Source: Candidatus Latescibacterota bacterium
Lineage (GTDB): Bacteria; Latescibacterota; UBA2968; GCA-2709665
DNA: 64,000 bases
Assembly (NCBI GenBank): GCA_965226795.1
Contig: CBDDDZ010000004.1
Location: 512,001 to 576,000, forward strand
Reading direction: 5' to 3'
Part shown: one piece after another, positions 40,834 through 49,821 of the stretch
How the letters are laid out: each line of letters begins with the position of its first letter
How positions within the stretch are numbered: the stretch's first letter is position 1
Translations under genes and position numbers: made by a program
Notes under the pieces: generated by a model
Database searches by the model: none
What the model was told of the DNA's origin: nothing
The model's input: only the letters and a program-made list of their open reading frames with translations

Positions 40834-41612
40834 TCCCTGATTCTGGTCGTCTTATCCGTAAGCGCCTGTTCGATGTGTCTGCCGGTGAAACCCACGGCGT
40901 TTCGCAGGTCGGCGCCGCGCAGGTCCGCATTCTGAAAGTTGGCTTTATAGAGGTCGGTGTTTTGCATTCGGGCCTTGACGAGCCTCGCGCACCGGAGGTC
41001 GGCCTGTACCAGGTCGGCATTCTGCAGCCTCGCACTCTGCAGATCGGCATTCCGGAGGTCCACCCCCTGAAGGTTCGCACCCTCAAGGTACGCGCCTCTC
41101 AGATTGGCGCCGCGCAGGTCGGCGTTGAGAAGATTGGCGTCCTGAAGGCGCGCCTTCCGCAGATCGGCTCCGTTAAGCGTGGTATCACGAAGGTTGGCGC
41201 CCCGCAGTGTGGCCTCCCGCAGCCGGGCGCCGGAAAGATCGGCATTCATGAGATCGGCGAGTTCCAGGTCTGCGGGCGCAAAATCGACGTTTTTGAGATT
41301 TGCGCCGCGTAATAGGGCTCGCTGAAGGCGGGCGCCGGAAAGATCGGCGTCCTGAAGGTTCGCATCGCGGAAGTTGGCTTCGTAGAGCCTGGCTCGCTGG
41401 AGATTGGCGCCGTGAAGGTCCGCATTCTGGAACCGCACGCCGCTGAGGGTGGCTTCGCTCAGGTCGGCGAATTCAAGTCTGGCATCCTGGAGTTCAGCCC
41501 TGTTCAGGTTCACGCCGCACAGGTTGGCCCGTTCTCCTTCGGTTCCTCCGGAATCGATCCACGATCGGTGCCGGTCGATGACAAACCGCAGTTCGGAAGG
41601 TGACATGGACAT
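40830..41612 (-). CDS. Pentapeptide repeat protein
   Basis: Long A(D/N)Lxx array after an N-terminal HRSW...GERANL motif. Confidence 0.92.
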   Translation of the reverse strand: MSMSPSELRFVIDRHRSWIDSGGTEGERANLCGVNLNRAELQDARLEFADLSEATLSGVRFQNADLHGANLQRARLYEANFRDANLQDADLSGARLQRALLRGANLKNVDFAPADLELADLMNADLSGARLREATLRGANLRDTTLNGADLRKARLQDANLLNADLRGANLRGAYLEGANLQGVDLRNADLQSARLQNADLVQADLRCARLVKARMQNTDLYKANFQNADLRGADLRNAVGFTGRHIEQALTDKTTRIRD

Positions 41613-41885
41613 GCCGATTTCCCGTCTGGTCTGCAAACAAGCTGTCAGCGGTCACCCCGCCAATCCAACCCTGCACAGGGAAAGACGTGAGAGGGAAGAC
41701 GGTAGAGGTGAGACGTAATAGATATCTATTAGCTATGACGCGCCTGCATTCTGAAACTCGCCGAGACGAAGCGATGAGATATTCGCTTGGTGCTAAACAA
41801 GCGCGGGTGCGAGATTCGCGGGGAGAGGCGTGGCCGTCTCCCGTCTTACGTCTACCCTCTCACCGTTTCCAGGGTTTCACCCCTG

Positions 41886-42446
41886 TCACGTGGTGTGTAT
41901 TTCAGATTCCGTGATGACCAGGTCCATCGAGATATCGCGAGGGCCTGTCGGCAGACGATCGAAGAGCTGGAAGTCGTATGCCAGGCCCACTTTGGAAGCA
42001 GTGGTCATTGAAAGAAAACGGTCGTAGTAACCGGCGCCGAAGCCGATGCGGTTTCCGGCGCGGTCAAAGGCGAGACCGGGAACAAGAACGATGTCGAAGG
42101 TGTCCGGCGGAACCACGGCACCCGCCTCGTCGGACGGCTCCAACAGGCCGAAGCCCGACGGCTTTAATTCAACAAGGCTGCGAATTTCCCGGTGGACCAG
42201 CATGTGGTTCGGCTCTGCAACAGGCACCGCGACCCGCTTGCCACTTTTCAGGGAAAATTCGATGAGGGTATGCGTGTCGACTTCGTTCCTGACCGAGACG
42301 TAGATCGCCAGGGATCCGGCGCGGCGATAATCCTCCTGGCCGGTCAGGCGCGCGATGATGTATTCGCTTCTGGAGCGGACTTCCCCCGGCGACAGTTCGG
42401 ACCGTCGTTTCTTCATGGTATTTCGAATTTGCTTTTTGGAAGGCAT
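41886..42446 (-). CDS. 5-formyltetrahydrofolate cyclo-ligase
   Basis: NEVDT, LVPGLAFDRAGNRIGFGAGYYDR, MDLVITE. Confidence 0.93.
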   Translation of the reverse strand: MPSKKQIRNTMKKRRSELSPGEVRSRSEYIIARLTGQEDYRRAGSLAIYVSVRNEVDTHTLIEFSLKSGKRVAVPVAEPNHMLVHREIRSLVELKPSGFGLLEPSDEAGAVVPPDTFDIVLVPGLAFDRAGNRIGFGAGYYDRFLSMTTASKVGLAYDFQLFDRLPTGPRDISMDLVITESEIHTT

Positions 42447-42587
42447 CCGGATCGTTCCGACTCAAGGCCTGTCCGCGACGTCGGGATTCATAACTATACC
42501 CCGAGCGTTGCGGGTTGTCAAGGCAGGAGCGCGTTAGCGGACCGGTTTTACCCATCGGGACTGGCGTGGTCAGACGGAAAAGTTCGC

Positions 42588-42616
42588 TTGACTTTAACTG
42601 TGTGGACTTTTAAATT
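42588..42616 (+). promoter_or_regulatory. Sigma70-like promoter for the uppS operon
   Basis: TTGACT-N17-TAAATT, ~50 nt upstream of uppS. Confidence 0.55.
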
Positions 42617-42665
42617 TACAAATGCCGATTTTTGTGGTAATAACGGCAAATCCTGAGAGGGAATC

Positions 42666-43481
42666 TTGGATCACCACGATGTGGAAATTCAGAATGAACT
42701 GAAGGCAGACGGCAACCTCCCCGGGCATGTCGCCATCATTATGGACGGGAATGGTCGCTGGGCGCAAAAGCATGGGCTGGGCAGAACCCAGGGACATCGT
42801 TCCGGGCGAAATGTCGTGCGCGACGTTGTGCGGGCTTGTGGCGAACTGGGAATCAAAATCCTCACTTTGTTTACGTTTGGGACGGATAATTGGAGGCGAC
42901 CCTGGAGAGAAGTCCTTGCTTTGATGCAATTGCTGCGCGACGCTTCGGTTGAAGAACTGGAGGAACTCCACGAAAACAAGGTGCGCCTTATTGCTACCGG
43001 GGATACGGACCGTCTGGCCAGGCAGACGCGGCGGGCGTTGAGTTCTACCATGCGCAGGACGGCTGAAAATACCGGGCTGACGCTGAATCTGGCGTTGAGT
43101 TACGATGGCCGTAACGACATTCTTCACGCCGTCCGACGGATTGCCTCCGAGGTGCAGCAGGGTAAAATAAGCAGCGACGGAATCGACGAAAAGCTGTTTT
43201 CGAGGATGCTTTATACCGTCGACCTGCCGGATCCCGATCTGCTGATCCGCACCAGCGGAGAGTTTCGTTTGAGTAATTTTATGCTGTGGCAATGTGCTTA
43301 CACGGAGTTCTGGTTCACGCCGGTCTTGTGGCCCGATTTCAGGCGCGAACATCTGTACGAAGCTATTCGGGCGTATCAGTCCAGAGAGCGCCGTTTCGGG
43401 AAGACTAGCGCGCAGATCCGTTCCACGACGGTTGGCACCGGGAACGGGGTTGCGAAGCGGTTGGGCGCGGCGACGGGATAG
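42666..43481 (+). CDS. uppS: Undecaprenyl diphosphate synthase (isoprenyl transferase)
   Basis: HVAIIMDGNGRWA, NWRRP, PDLLIRTSGEFRLSNFMLWQ, RERRFG. Confidence 0.96.
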   Translation: MDHHDVEIQNELKADGNLPGHVAIIMDGNGRWAQKHGLGRTQGHRSGRNVVRDVVRACGELGIKILTLFTFGTDNWRRPWREVLALMQLLRDASVEELEELHENKVRLIATGDTDRLARQTRRALSSTMRRTAENTGLTLNLALSYDGRNDILHAVRRIASEVQQGKISSDGIDEKLFSRMLYTVDLPDPDLLIRTSGEFRLSNFMLWQCAYTEFWFTPVLWPDFRREHLYEAIRAYQSRERRFGKTSAQIRSTTVGTGNGVAKRLGAATG

Positions 43482-43530
43482 AAACTCCCGCATGGGGTTT
43501 CGATCCAATTCTCGCTTCCGTCAAGCAGGG

Positions 43531-44361
43531 GTGGTTTTGGCGGTACATTCGAACTTGTTTCACCGGATCTCAGCGGCGGCGTTCTTCGGGCCGCTTTTTC
43601 TGGTTCTGTTTTGGGTTGGTGGAATACCACTCCTGATTGGCGTATGTCTGGTGGCCGCGGGCGGGACGTGGGAGTACTGCCGGATGCAGAAAAAAAGGGG
43701 GCTGCATCCCTGGACGGTAGCCGGGGTTGCGGCCTCTTTGGTTTGGTGTCTGTGGTTGAACTGGTTCGGAGAGCGACTCTGGCTGATTCCGGCCACGGTG
43801 ATTCTGCTTGTTCTGCTAACCCTGGCGCTGGGACAAAGGGAGGGTCGATTCAGGCTGGCTGACGCCGAGGCAACCTTTGTCGGTACGTGCTATGTCGGGT
43901 TGCTGTCGGCCTTTGCGCTGCTGGTACGGAACCATTCCGGATTTGAGACGACTGAAGACGGCGCCGCGTGGTTTGCCGTTGTGGTACTCCTGGGAATCTG
44001 GGGCACGGATATTCTCGCCTATTTTTCGGGGCGTCTTTGGGGGAAGCGACATCCTTTCCCGAAGATCAGTCCGGGTAAGACGGGGGCGGGTTTCGCGGGC
44101 GGAATCGTCGGAGCGATTGCGGTTATGTTCGCCGGCGGCCATATCTTGAATTTGTACACGCTTCCAGCGGGTATCGCGCTGGGGATGGTGGTGGGCGTTA
44201 GCGCTCTATGGGGAGATCTGGTCGAATCGATGATCAAACGGAACGCGGGGGTCAAAGATGCCTCCGCCCTGATTCCCGGACACGGCGGCGTGCTAGACCG
44301 ATTCGACAGTTTTCTGTTTGTGTACCCTGCAATGTATCTTTACCTCCGCGTGATTCATTAG
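43531..44361 (+). CDS. cdsA: Phosphatidate cytidylyltransferase (start approximate)
   Basis: DILAYFSG, ISPGKT, GDLVESMIKR...KD...IPGHGGVLDRFDS. Confidence 0.93.
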   Translation: MVLAVHSNLFHRISAAAFFGPLFLVLFWVGGIPLLIGVCLVAAGGTWEYCRMQKKRGLHPWTVAGVAASLVWCLWLNWFGERLWLIPATVILLVLLTLALGQREGRFRLADAEATFVGTCYVGLLSAFALLVRNHSGFETTEDGAAWFAVVVLLGIWGTDILAYFSGRLWGKRHPFPKISPGKTGAGFAGGIVGAIAVMFAGGHILNLYTLPAGIALGMVVGVSALWGDLVESMIKRNAGVKDASALIPGHGGVLDRFDSFLFVYPAMYLYLRVIH

Positions 44362-44423
44362 ACCTTCGTACATTCGGGGAACCTTCAGTTTCATTCACCC
44401 GTTGACATGAACGGGATTTGTGT

Positions 44424-45581
44424 ATGAAGCGAGTTGCGCTGCTTGGATCAACTGGATCTATCGGTACCAGTACGCTTGACGTACTGGCCGGCCTGCCCGA
44501 ACGGTTCGAAGTGGAATGCCTCAGCGCGGGGGGCAATATCGATCTGCTCTGCGAGCAGGTCGCGCGTTTTCGGCCGAAACGGGTCTGCGTGAGAGAAGAA
44601 AACGCGAAAAACGCCCGCGGGAGACGTGAGTTGCAGGGTATTGAGGTGTTACACGGTTCTGACGGACTCCTCGCGTTGGCGACGGATACGGAAGTGGATC
44701 TGGTAATCAACGGGCTGGTGGCGGGGGTAGGACTGCGGCCAACCCTGGCGGCGGTCGAGGCAGGCAAGGACGTCGCCATTGCAAATAAGGAAACGCTGGT
44801 CGTAGCGGGGCATCTCGTAACAGAGCTCGCTGAGCGGTACGGCGTGCAGTTAATTCCGCTGGACAGCGAACTGACCCCTTTGTGGCAGAGCCTGCAGGAG
44901 GTTCCGCCGAAGCAGGTGAAGCGCATCGTACTTTCCGCCTCCGGAGGTCCGTTTTTCGAGATGCCATTGGACGAGATGGCTCGCGCAACACCCGACGAGG
45001 CCCTCCGTCATCCGACGTGGCGGATGGGACCGAAGATTACGATCGATTCGGCTACGTTGATGAACAAGGGTTTCGAGGTGATTGAGTCCCGCTGGTTTCT
45101 TGGGCTCGACATCGACCAGATCGATGTTGTGATTCACCGGCAGTCGATCGTGCATTGTCTGGTGGAGTTCCTGGATGGAAGCCTGACCGCGCATATGAGC
45201 CGGCCCGATATGCGCCTGCCCATTCAGCAGGCGTTGACCCATCCGGATCGGCTGCCGACAGCCGTCCCGTCGCTGGACCTGGTAGCCACGGGTTCGTTGA
45301 GCTTTCATGCACCCGACCTAGAGCGATTTCCCTGCCTTGCGCTTGCATATGAAGCGGGGCGTGCGGAAGGTACGGCGGCGGCAGTTCTGAACGCGGCCAA
45401 CGAGATTGGTGTCTATTCCTTTCTGGCTGGGCGCATCGGGTTTCTGGATGTACCCGACGTCGTACGCCGGACGCTCGACGCGCATGTCAACGCAACAGGC
45501 TCGAGTCTCGATGCGGTGTTTGAAGCGGACCGCTGGGGGCGGGAGAAGGCAAGGGAGGTTGTCGCACGTCTGGAAAGCTAG
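44424..45581 (+). CDS. dxr: 1-deoxy-D-xylulose-5-phosphate reductoisomerase
   Basis: LGSTGSIG, ANKETLV, ASGGPF, HPTWRMGPKITIDSATLMNKG, PDMRLPI, NAANE. Confidence 0.96.
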   Translation: MKRVALLGSTGSIGTSTLDVLAGLPERFEVECLSAGGNIDLLCEQVARFRPKRVCVREENAKNARGRRELQGIEVLHGSDGLLALATDTEVDLVINGLVAGVGLRPTLAAVEAGKDVAIANKETLVVAGHLVTELAERYGVQLIPLDSELTPLWQSLQEVPPKQVKRIVLSASGGPFFEMPLDEMARATPDEALRHPTWRMGPKITIDSATLMNKGFEVIESRWFLGLDIDQIDVVIHRQSIVHCLVEFLDGSLTAHMSRPDMRLPIQQALTHPDRLPTAVPSLDLVATGSLSFHAPDLERFPCLALAYEAGRAEGTAAAVLNAANEIGVYSFLAGRIGFLDVPDVVRRTLDAHVNATGSSLDAVFEADRWGREKAREVVARLES

Positions 45582-45707
45582 TTCGAAACAACCCCGAAAC
45601 CCCCGCTGGCGGACCAGAGATCCGGGCGGATTTACACCGCGCCGTTTTTCGTTCGCGGTAATCCCAGGACGCCTCCGACCTGAGCCGCGGGGGATACCCT
45701 ACAGGAG

Positions 45708-47024
45708 TTGAGCGCTTTGGAATTTCTGGAAACTATTTTTTATTTCATTCTCGTATTGGGTGTACTGGTTTTCGTACACGAATTCGGTCATTTCGTAGTG
45801 GCCAAGAAGTCGGGTATTCGCGTGGAGCAGTTCTCCTTGGGATTTCCACCCAAGGCGATCGGGATAACGGTCGGCGAGACCGAGTATTGCATTTCCTGGC
45901 TGCCACTCGGAGGATACGTGAAGGTGGCCGGGATGTCGGATTTTGGCAGTGCGGATGTCAAGCGAGAACCGTGGGAATTTCAGTCGAAGCCCAGGGGAAT
46001 TCAGATGGCGGTGATGGTCGCAGGGCCCATTATGAATTTCCTGCTTGGTTTCATGCTCATTCTGGGGCTGCGTCTCGCGCTGGGGGACTATGTTCTGCAG
46101 ACGACGAAGGTGGGCCGTATCGAGGCAACGTCTCCGTTTCACGGGGCGGGTTTGCGCGCGGATGACCGCATTCTCGCGGTTAACGGGACACAGGTGGAAA
46201 ACTGGGACGAACTGATCGAAGCATTCAACGCGGCGGGCACCGGGGAGGTTGCCCTGAAGCTGGCTCGCGGTGAGGATGCAGTGTTTCTTGCAGCGACACC
46301 CGATCGCGGACAGAAGTTGGGCTTCTATCCTTTCCTGCTGCCAACTGCCGGATCGGTGATGCCTGGCTACCCGGCGGCAAAAGGGGGGATGGAGCCCGGA
46401 GACCGTGTGCTATCGATCGCCGGTGAATCCGTGAGCGGATGGGAGGAGATGCGAAAGAAGATTTCCGCAAGGCCGGGGCAGGAGACCGAGATCCGGTGGT
46501 TGCGCGGCGAAGAGGAAATGTCGGCGCGTATCGTGCCTCAGCCCCAGCGAGGCGAGGGGCGAACCATCGGTGTGATTGGCATCGGCCCGTCATACGAGCC
46601 CAAGGAGCGGGTACCGGTGAACCTTACCACCGCCTTCGAGCGCAGTGGGCGGGACCTTGTGGGTTATACCACGCTCATTTTCGTGCTCATCAAACGCCTG
46701 ATCCTTGGCGAGATATCGGGAGGCATGATTGCGGGCCCTATAGGAATCGCTCAGATGGCGGGGAGCAAGGCGCGGGAAGGTTTGGAAGCGTTACTCGATT
46801 TTATGGCGATGCTGAGTATTAACCTCGCAGTCCTGAATCTGTTACCTATTCCAGCGCTGGACGGGGGCCACCTGATGATCTTGAGCGTAGAAGCCATTAC
46901 ACGACGGTCGCTTTCCACCCGGCAGAAAGAGCGGCTCCAGCAATTCGGGTTTGTATTCCTGCTTGGTCTTATGGTGTATGTGACCTTTGGTGACATTGGC
47001 CGGATCTGGGGGTTGTTCTACTGA
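45708..47024 (+). CDS. rseP: RIP metalloprotease RseP with two PDZ domains
   Basis: HEFGH, PLGGYVK, AGPIMN, NLLPIPALDGGH. Confidence 0.95.
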   Translation: MSALEFLETIFYFILVLGVLVFVHEFGHFVVAKKSGIRVEQFSLGFPPKAIGITVGETEYCISWLPLGGYVKVAGMSDFGSADVKREPWEFQSKPRGIQMAVMVAGPIMNFLLGFMLILGLRLALGDYVLQTTKVGRIEATSPFHGAGLRADDRILAVNGTQVENWDELIEAFNAAGTGEVALKLARGEDAVFLAATPDRGQKLGFYPFLLPTAGSVMPGYPAAKGGMEPGDRVLSIAGESVSGWEEMRKKISARPGQETEIRWLRGEEEMSARIVPQPQRGEGRTIGVIGIGPSYEPKERVPVNLTTAFERSGRDLVGYTTLIFVLIKRLILGEISGGMIAGPIGIAQMAGSKAREGLEALLDFMAMLSINLAVLNLLPIPALDGGHLMILSVEAITRRSLSTRQKERLQQFGFVFLLGLMVYVTFGDIGRIWGLFY

Positions 47025-47052
47025 TACCGAGGAAGCTGATTCGGCATTAACG

Positions 47053-47095
47053 AAGCAATGAGGGCGGGTTTTCGAACCCGCCCTCATTGCTTTTT
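47053..47095. terminator. Long hairpin, likely terminator between convergent genes
   Basis: AAGCAATGAGGGCGGGTT-TTCG-AACCCGCCCTCATTGCTT (18-bp stem) then TTT. Confidence 0.8.
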
Positions 47096-47446
47096 GTTGA
47101 TGTACTGCTTGCCTACGATGTTCCGCTTCATGGTCTTCTTCCAGCTTGCGAAAACGCTATCGGCTTCGAGTGTTTCCATAATTCTTCCTGTGAGGACCTC
47201 CAGTCCTTCGGGGTCCGTCTTCCAGGTTGAAATCAGCCGTTCGAGGTCTTTCTCAGTGAACTGAAATCTTTTCAGCATGGCTTCTCGCTTGATGGCCAGA
47301 CTATCGGGATGCTCCGCGTACTGATGATGCAGGCGGATAACTTCGAGAACAACGTGGGCCAGTTGTCGTTCGGTGGGTGCGGGTCCATTCCGGGCCGTGC
47401 AGGCCAGCAGGCCGCAGAACAGGAGAGTGAAGAGTTTCGGTTTCAT
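47084..47446 (-). CDS. Small putative lipoprotein
   Basis: MKPKLFTLLFCGLLAC lipobox-like signal; helical body. Confidence 0.6.
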   Translation of the reverse strand: MKPKLFTLLFCGLLACTARNGPAPTERQLAHVVLEVIRLHHQYAEHPDSLAIKREAMLKRFQFTEKDLERLISTWKTDPEGLEVLTGRIMETLEADSVFASWKKTMKRNIVGKQYINKKQ

Positions 47447-47733
47447 CGTCGGAAAGATATCCGGACACGACGAAAGGGTCAAGGCAAAACAGCCCGCGCC
47501 AGAATTGATTGAGGGCAAGCGGGATAACGGGAACCCACTCCGACCCGTTCGCCGTGCCGTAAGGAATGGACGGAGACAAAGGGCGCCCTTGCACAATATC
47601 TGGTGTTTTTTTTTCATATTCCTCTCGATAGCCACCATATTTTCCCTTGAGGACTCGTTGCGCCATGTATGTGCACACATGGTCACGTGGTTGTTTTTTT
47701 TAAAGATAAGGCAAAAAATCGATTAGAAATCCC

Positions 47734-47790
47734 TTGACTTTTGTATAAGCAAGCCCTAATTTTAGTGGTGGAAAGTGGTGGAAAGTGGTG
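47734..47790 (+). promoter_or_regulatory. dcw promoter with three MraZ-binding-type repeats
   Basis: TTGACT-N17-TAATTT followed by AGTGGTG x3 at 10-nt period (47764, 47774, 47784). Confidence 0.8.
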
Positions 47791-47962
47791 TATCAGGGAG
47801 GATCTGAATAGATCTGTGAAGAACTCGCTCAGCACGACGAGCCCCGACCATTTAGTCGGGGCTTTTCTCCCGACTCTTGGCTTGGCGATGGTGATCTTCA
47901 AATACACCTACCCGACGTAGGTTCCGGCGCCACAGGTCCCCTGTTTCCCCCGAGTCGCTCAC

Positions 47963-48418
47963 ATGCCAGACGAAACGCCACTGTTCATCGGAGAATATGA
48001 GGATATCCCCGTCGATAACAAGGGACGGCTGATTGTCCCCGCCGCCATTCGCCGGGTATTGCCTACACATGTCACTTCGCTTGTAATCGCCAGGTGGTTC
48101 GATGGCTGCCTGGCCGGGTTTGATCCGATAGGTTGGCAGCAGGTCTTACAGCAGATAAAAGACGGGAACCATAAAGGAAAGGTGAAGCGGCAAATCGCCC
48201 GCTGGGTTATGGGGGGTGCGGCGGAGACGAGAATCGACCGGCAGGGGCGTCTGTTGGTTCCACGAAAGCTGCTTGATTTATCGGAAATTACGGATCGCGC
48301 GACACTCAGCGGTGTGGGCAACAGGATAGAAATCTGGAATCCGGCGCGATACAGCGCCGATATGAGCGATGTCGGCCAGAATCTCGAAGAATTCGCGGAA
48401 GATCTGGATATTCTCTGA
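47963..48418 (+). CDS. mraZ: Division/cell wall cluster repressor MraZ
   Basis: DNKGRLIVP, DRQGRLLVP, GVGNRIEIW. Confidence 0.95.
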   Translation: MPDETPLFIGEYEDIPVDNKGRLIVPAAIRRVLPTHVTSLVIARWFDGCLAGFDPIGWQQVLQQIKDGNHKGKVKRQIARWVMGGAAETRIDRQGRLLVPRKLLDLSEITDRATLSGVGNRIEIWNPARYSADMSDVGQNLEEFAEDLDIL

Positions 48419-48518
48419 GAGCCGGGGTCGGTCTCAATTCTTTATCTGTTCTCGATTGTGTGGTGGTGCGGGGGTCTGTGCGAAATGAATAACGGAAAAT
48501 TTTCTCGAGAATGCGAAA

Positions 48519-49454
48519 ATGCGCGGGGCCGTGGAATTTCACACGCCGGTTATGGGGCGGGAAACGGCCTGCCGGGTGGTAAACGACCCGAACGGCGTGT
48601 ACATCGATGGCACGGTGGGCGGTGGCGGCCATGCTGAATATATGCTGGAGCGGATGGGCCGGCACGGACGACTGATCGGGATGGATCGAGACCCGGAGGC
48701 GGTTGAGGCCGCCTCCGGTCGGCTTCGCAGATTCTCCCACCGTGTGGAAATAGTCGGGACGACTTTCCGGGAACTGTCGCGGGTCTTGGACAATCTGGGG
48801 GTAGAACGGATATCAGGGGCGCTCTTCGATCTCGGCGTTTCTTCGCATCAAATCGACGAGCCTTCCCGTGGTTTCAGCTATCTCCGAAGCGGACCCCTGG
48901 ATATGCGCATGGGGCCCGATGCACTTCAGTCCGCGCGCGAGGTCGTGAACTTTTACTCCGTGGATGAGCTAACGCGAGTTTTCAAAGAATTCGGAGAAGA
49001 GCGTGCGGCCGGCAGGATTGCCCGGTCTATTTGTCGTCGGCGAGTCCGGAAACCTCTGGAAGACACATCGGAATTGGCCGCGCTGATTGCGGAGACCACC
49101 CCGGGACCTCGTTCAAAAAAGGCCATGGCAAGGATCTTTCAGTCGATCCGGATCGAGGTCAACAGTGAGTTGGAGCAACTCCAGGAGACCCTTGAGTGTA
49201 CGATAGGGAGGTTGACACGGGGCGGGCGAATTGGAATTCTGTCATATCACTCGCTCGAAGATCGCACGGTGAAGAAGGTATTTCGGTCGGCTTCCCTGGG
49301 TTGCGTCTGTCCGCCGAATCTCCCCGTTTGCGGATGTGGACGAGTCCCGCAGGTGCGTGTCCTGACCCCTGGTGGTATTCGCCCGGATCCGGAAGAGCGA
49401 CAGCGAAACCCGCGGTCCAGGAGCGCGACGTTGCGGGTCGCGGAGAGATTGTGA
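48519..49454 (+). CDS. rsmH: 16S rRNA (cytosine1402-N4)-methyltransferase
   Basis: HTPVM, DGTVGGGGH, DLGVSSHQ, PLDMRM, SYHSLEDR, NPRSRSA. Confidence 0.96.
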   Translation: MRGAVEFHTPVMGRETACRVVNDPNGVYIDGTVGGGGHAEYMLERMGRHGRLIGMDRDPEAVEAASGRLRRFSHRVEIVGTTFRELSRVLDNLGVERISGALFDLGVSSHQIDEPSRGFSYLRSGPLDMRMGPDALQSAREVVNFYSVDELTRVFKEFGEERAAGRIARSICRRRVRKPLEDTSELAALIAETTPGPRSKKAMARIFQSIRIEVNSELEQLQETLECTIGRLTRGGRIGILSYHSLEDRTVKKVFRSASLGCVCPPNLPVCGCGRVPQVRVLTPGGIRPDPEERQRNPRSRSATLRVAERL

Positions 49455-49479
49455 AGTCGAGTGTCTGGAGTGAAAGAGA

Positions 49480-49818
49480 ATGCGTATGAATGCCAATTCC
49501 CAGGTAAACACGTCGGGTGGGTATCGATACGTACTTTTGACCGTAGCGCTGGTAGTTCTGGGTCTCTTGGGTTATCTGTGGGCGCAGGCGCAAACCGTGC
49601 GGCAGGGTGACGAGATCGTACGGCTTCGAACCGACCACCAGCAACTGTTCCGCCAGCAGGAGCGTCTCCGGGCCGAGATCTCGGGACTCCGAAGAAGCAG
49701 TCGAATCCGTGAGATCGCTTCAAATAGACTGGAGATGGTGTTTCCAAAGGGTCCGCCTCGAAATCTATATCTGGATGGGCAACCCGGCCGCCACGCACTT
49801 TCCGGACACAAAAACTGA
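49480..49818 (+). CDS. ftsL: Cell division protein FtsL
   Basis: TM plus coiled coil ending RIREIASNRLEM; located between rsmH and ftsI. Confidence 0.75.
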   Translation: MRMNANSQVNTSGGYRYVLLTVALVVLGLLGYLWAQAQTVRQGDEIVRLRTDHQQLFRQQERLRAEISGLRRSSRIREIASNRLEMVFPKGPPRNLYLDGQPGRHALSGHKN

Positions 49819-49821
49819 GCC

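Noticed and set aside
42447..42660. 6S RNA upstream of the 5-formyl-THF cyclo-ligase gene
   Set aside because: No long rod-like complementarity could be seen; the region looks like divergent promoters. An Infernal search would be decisive.
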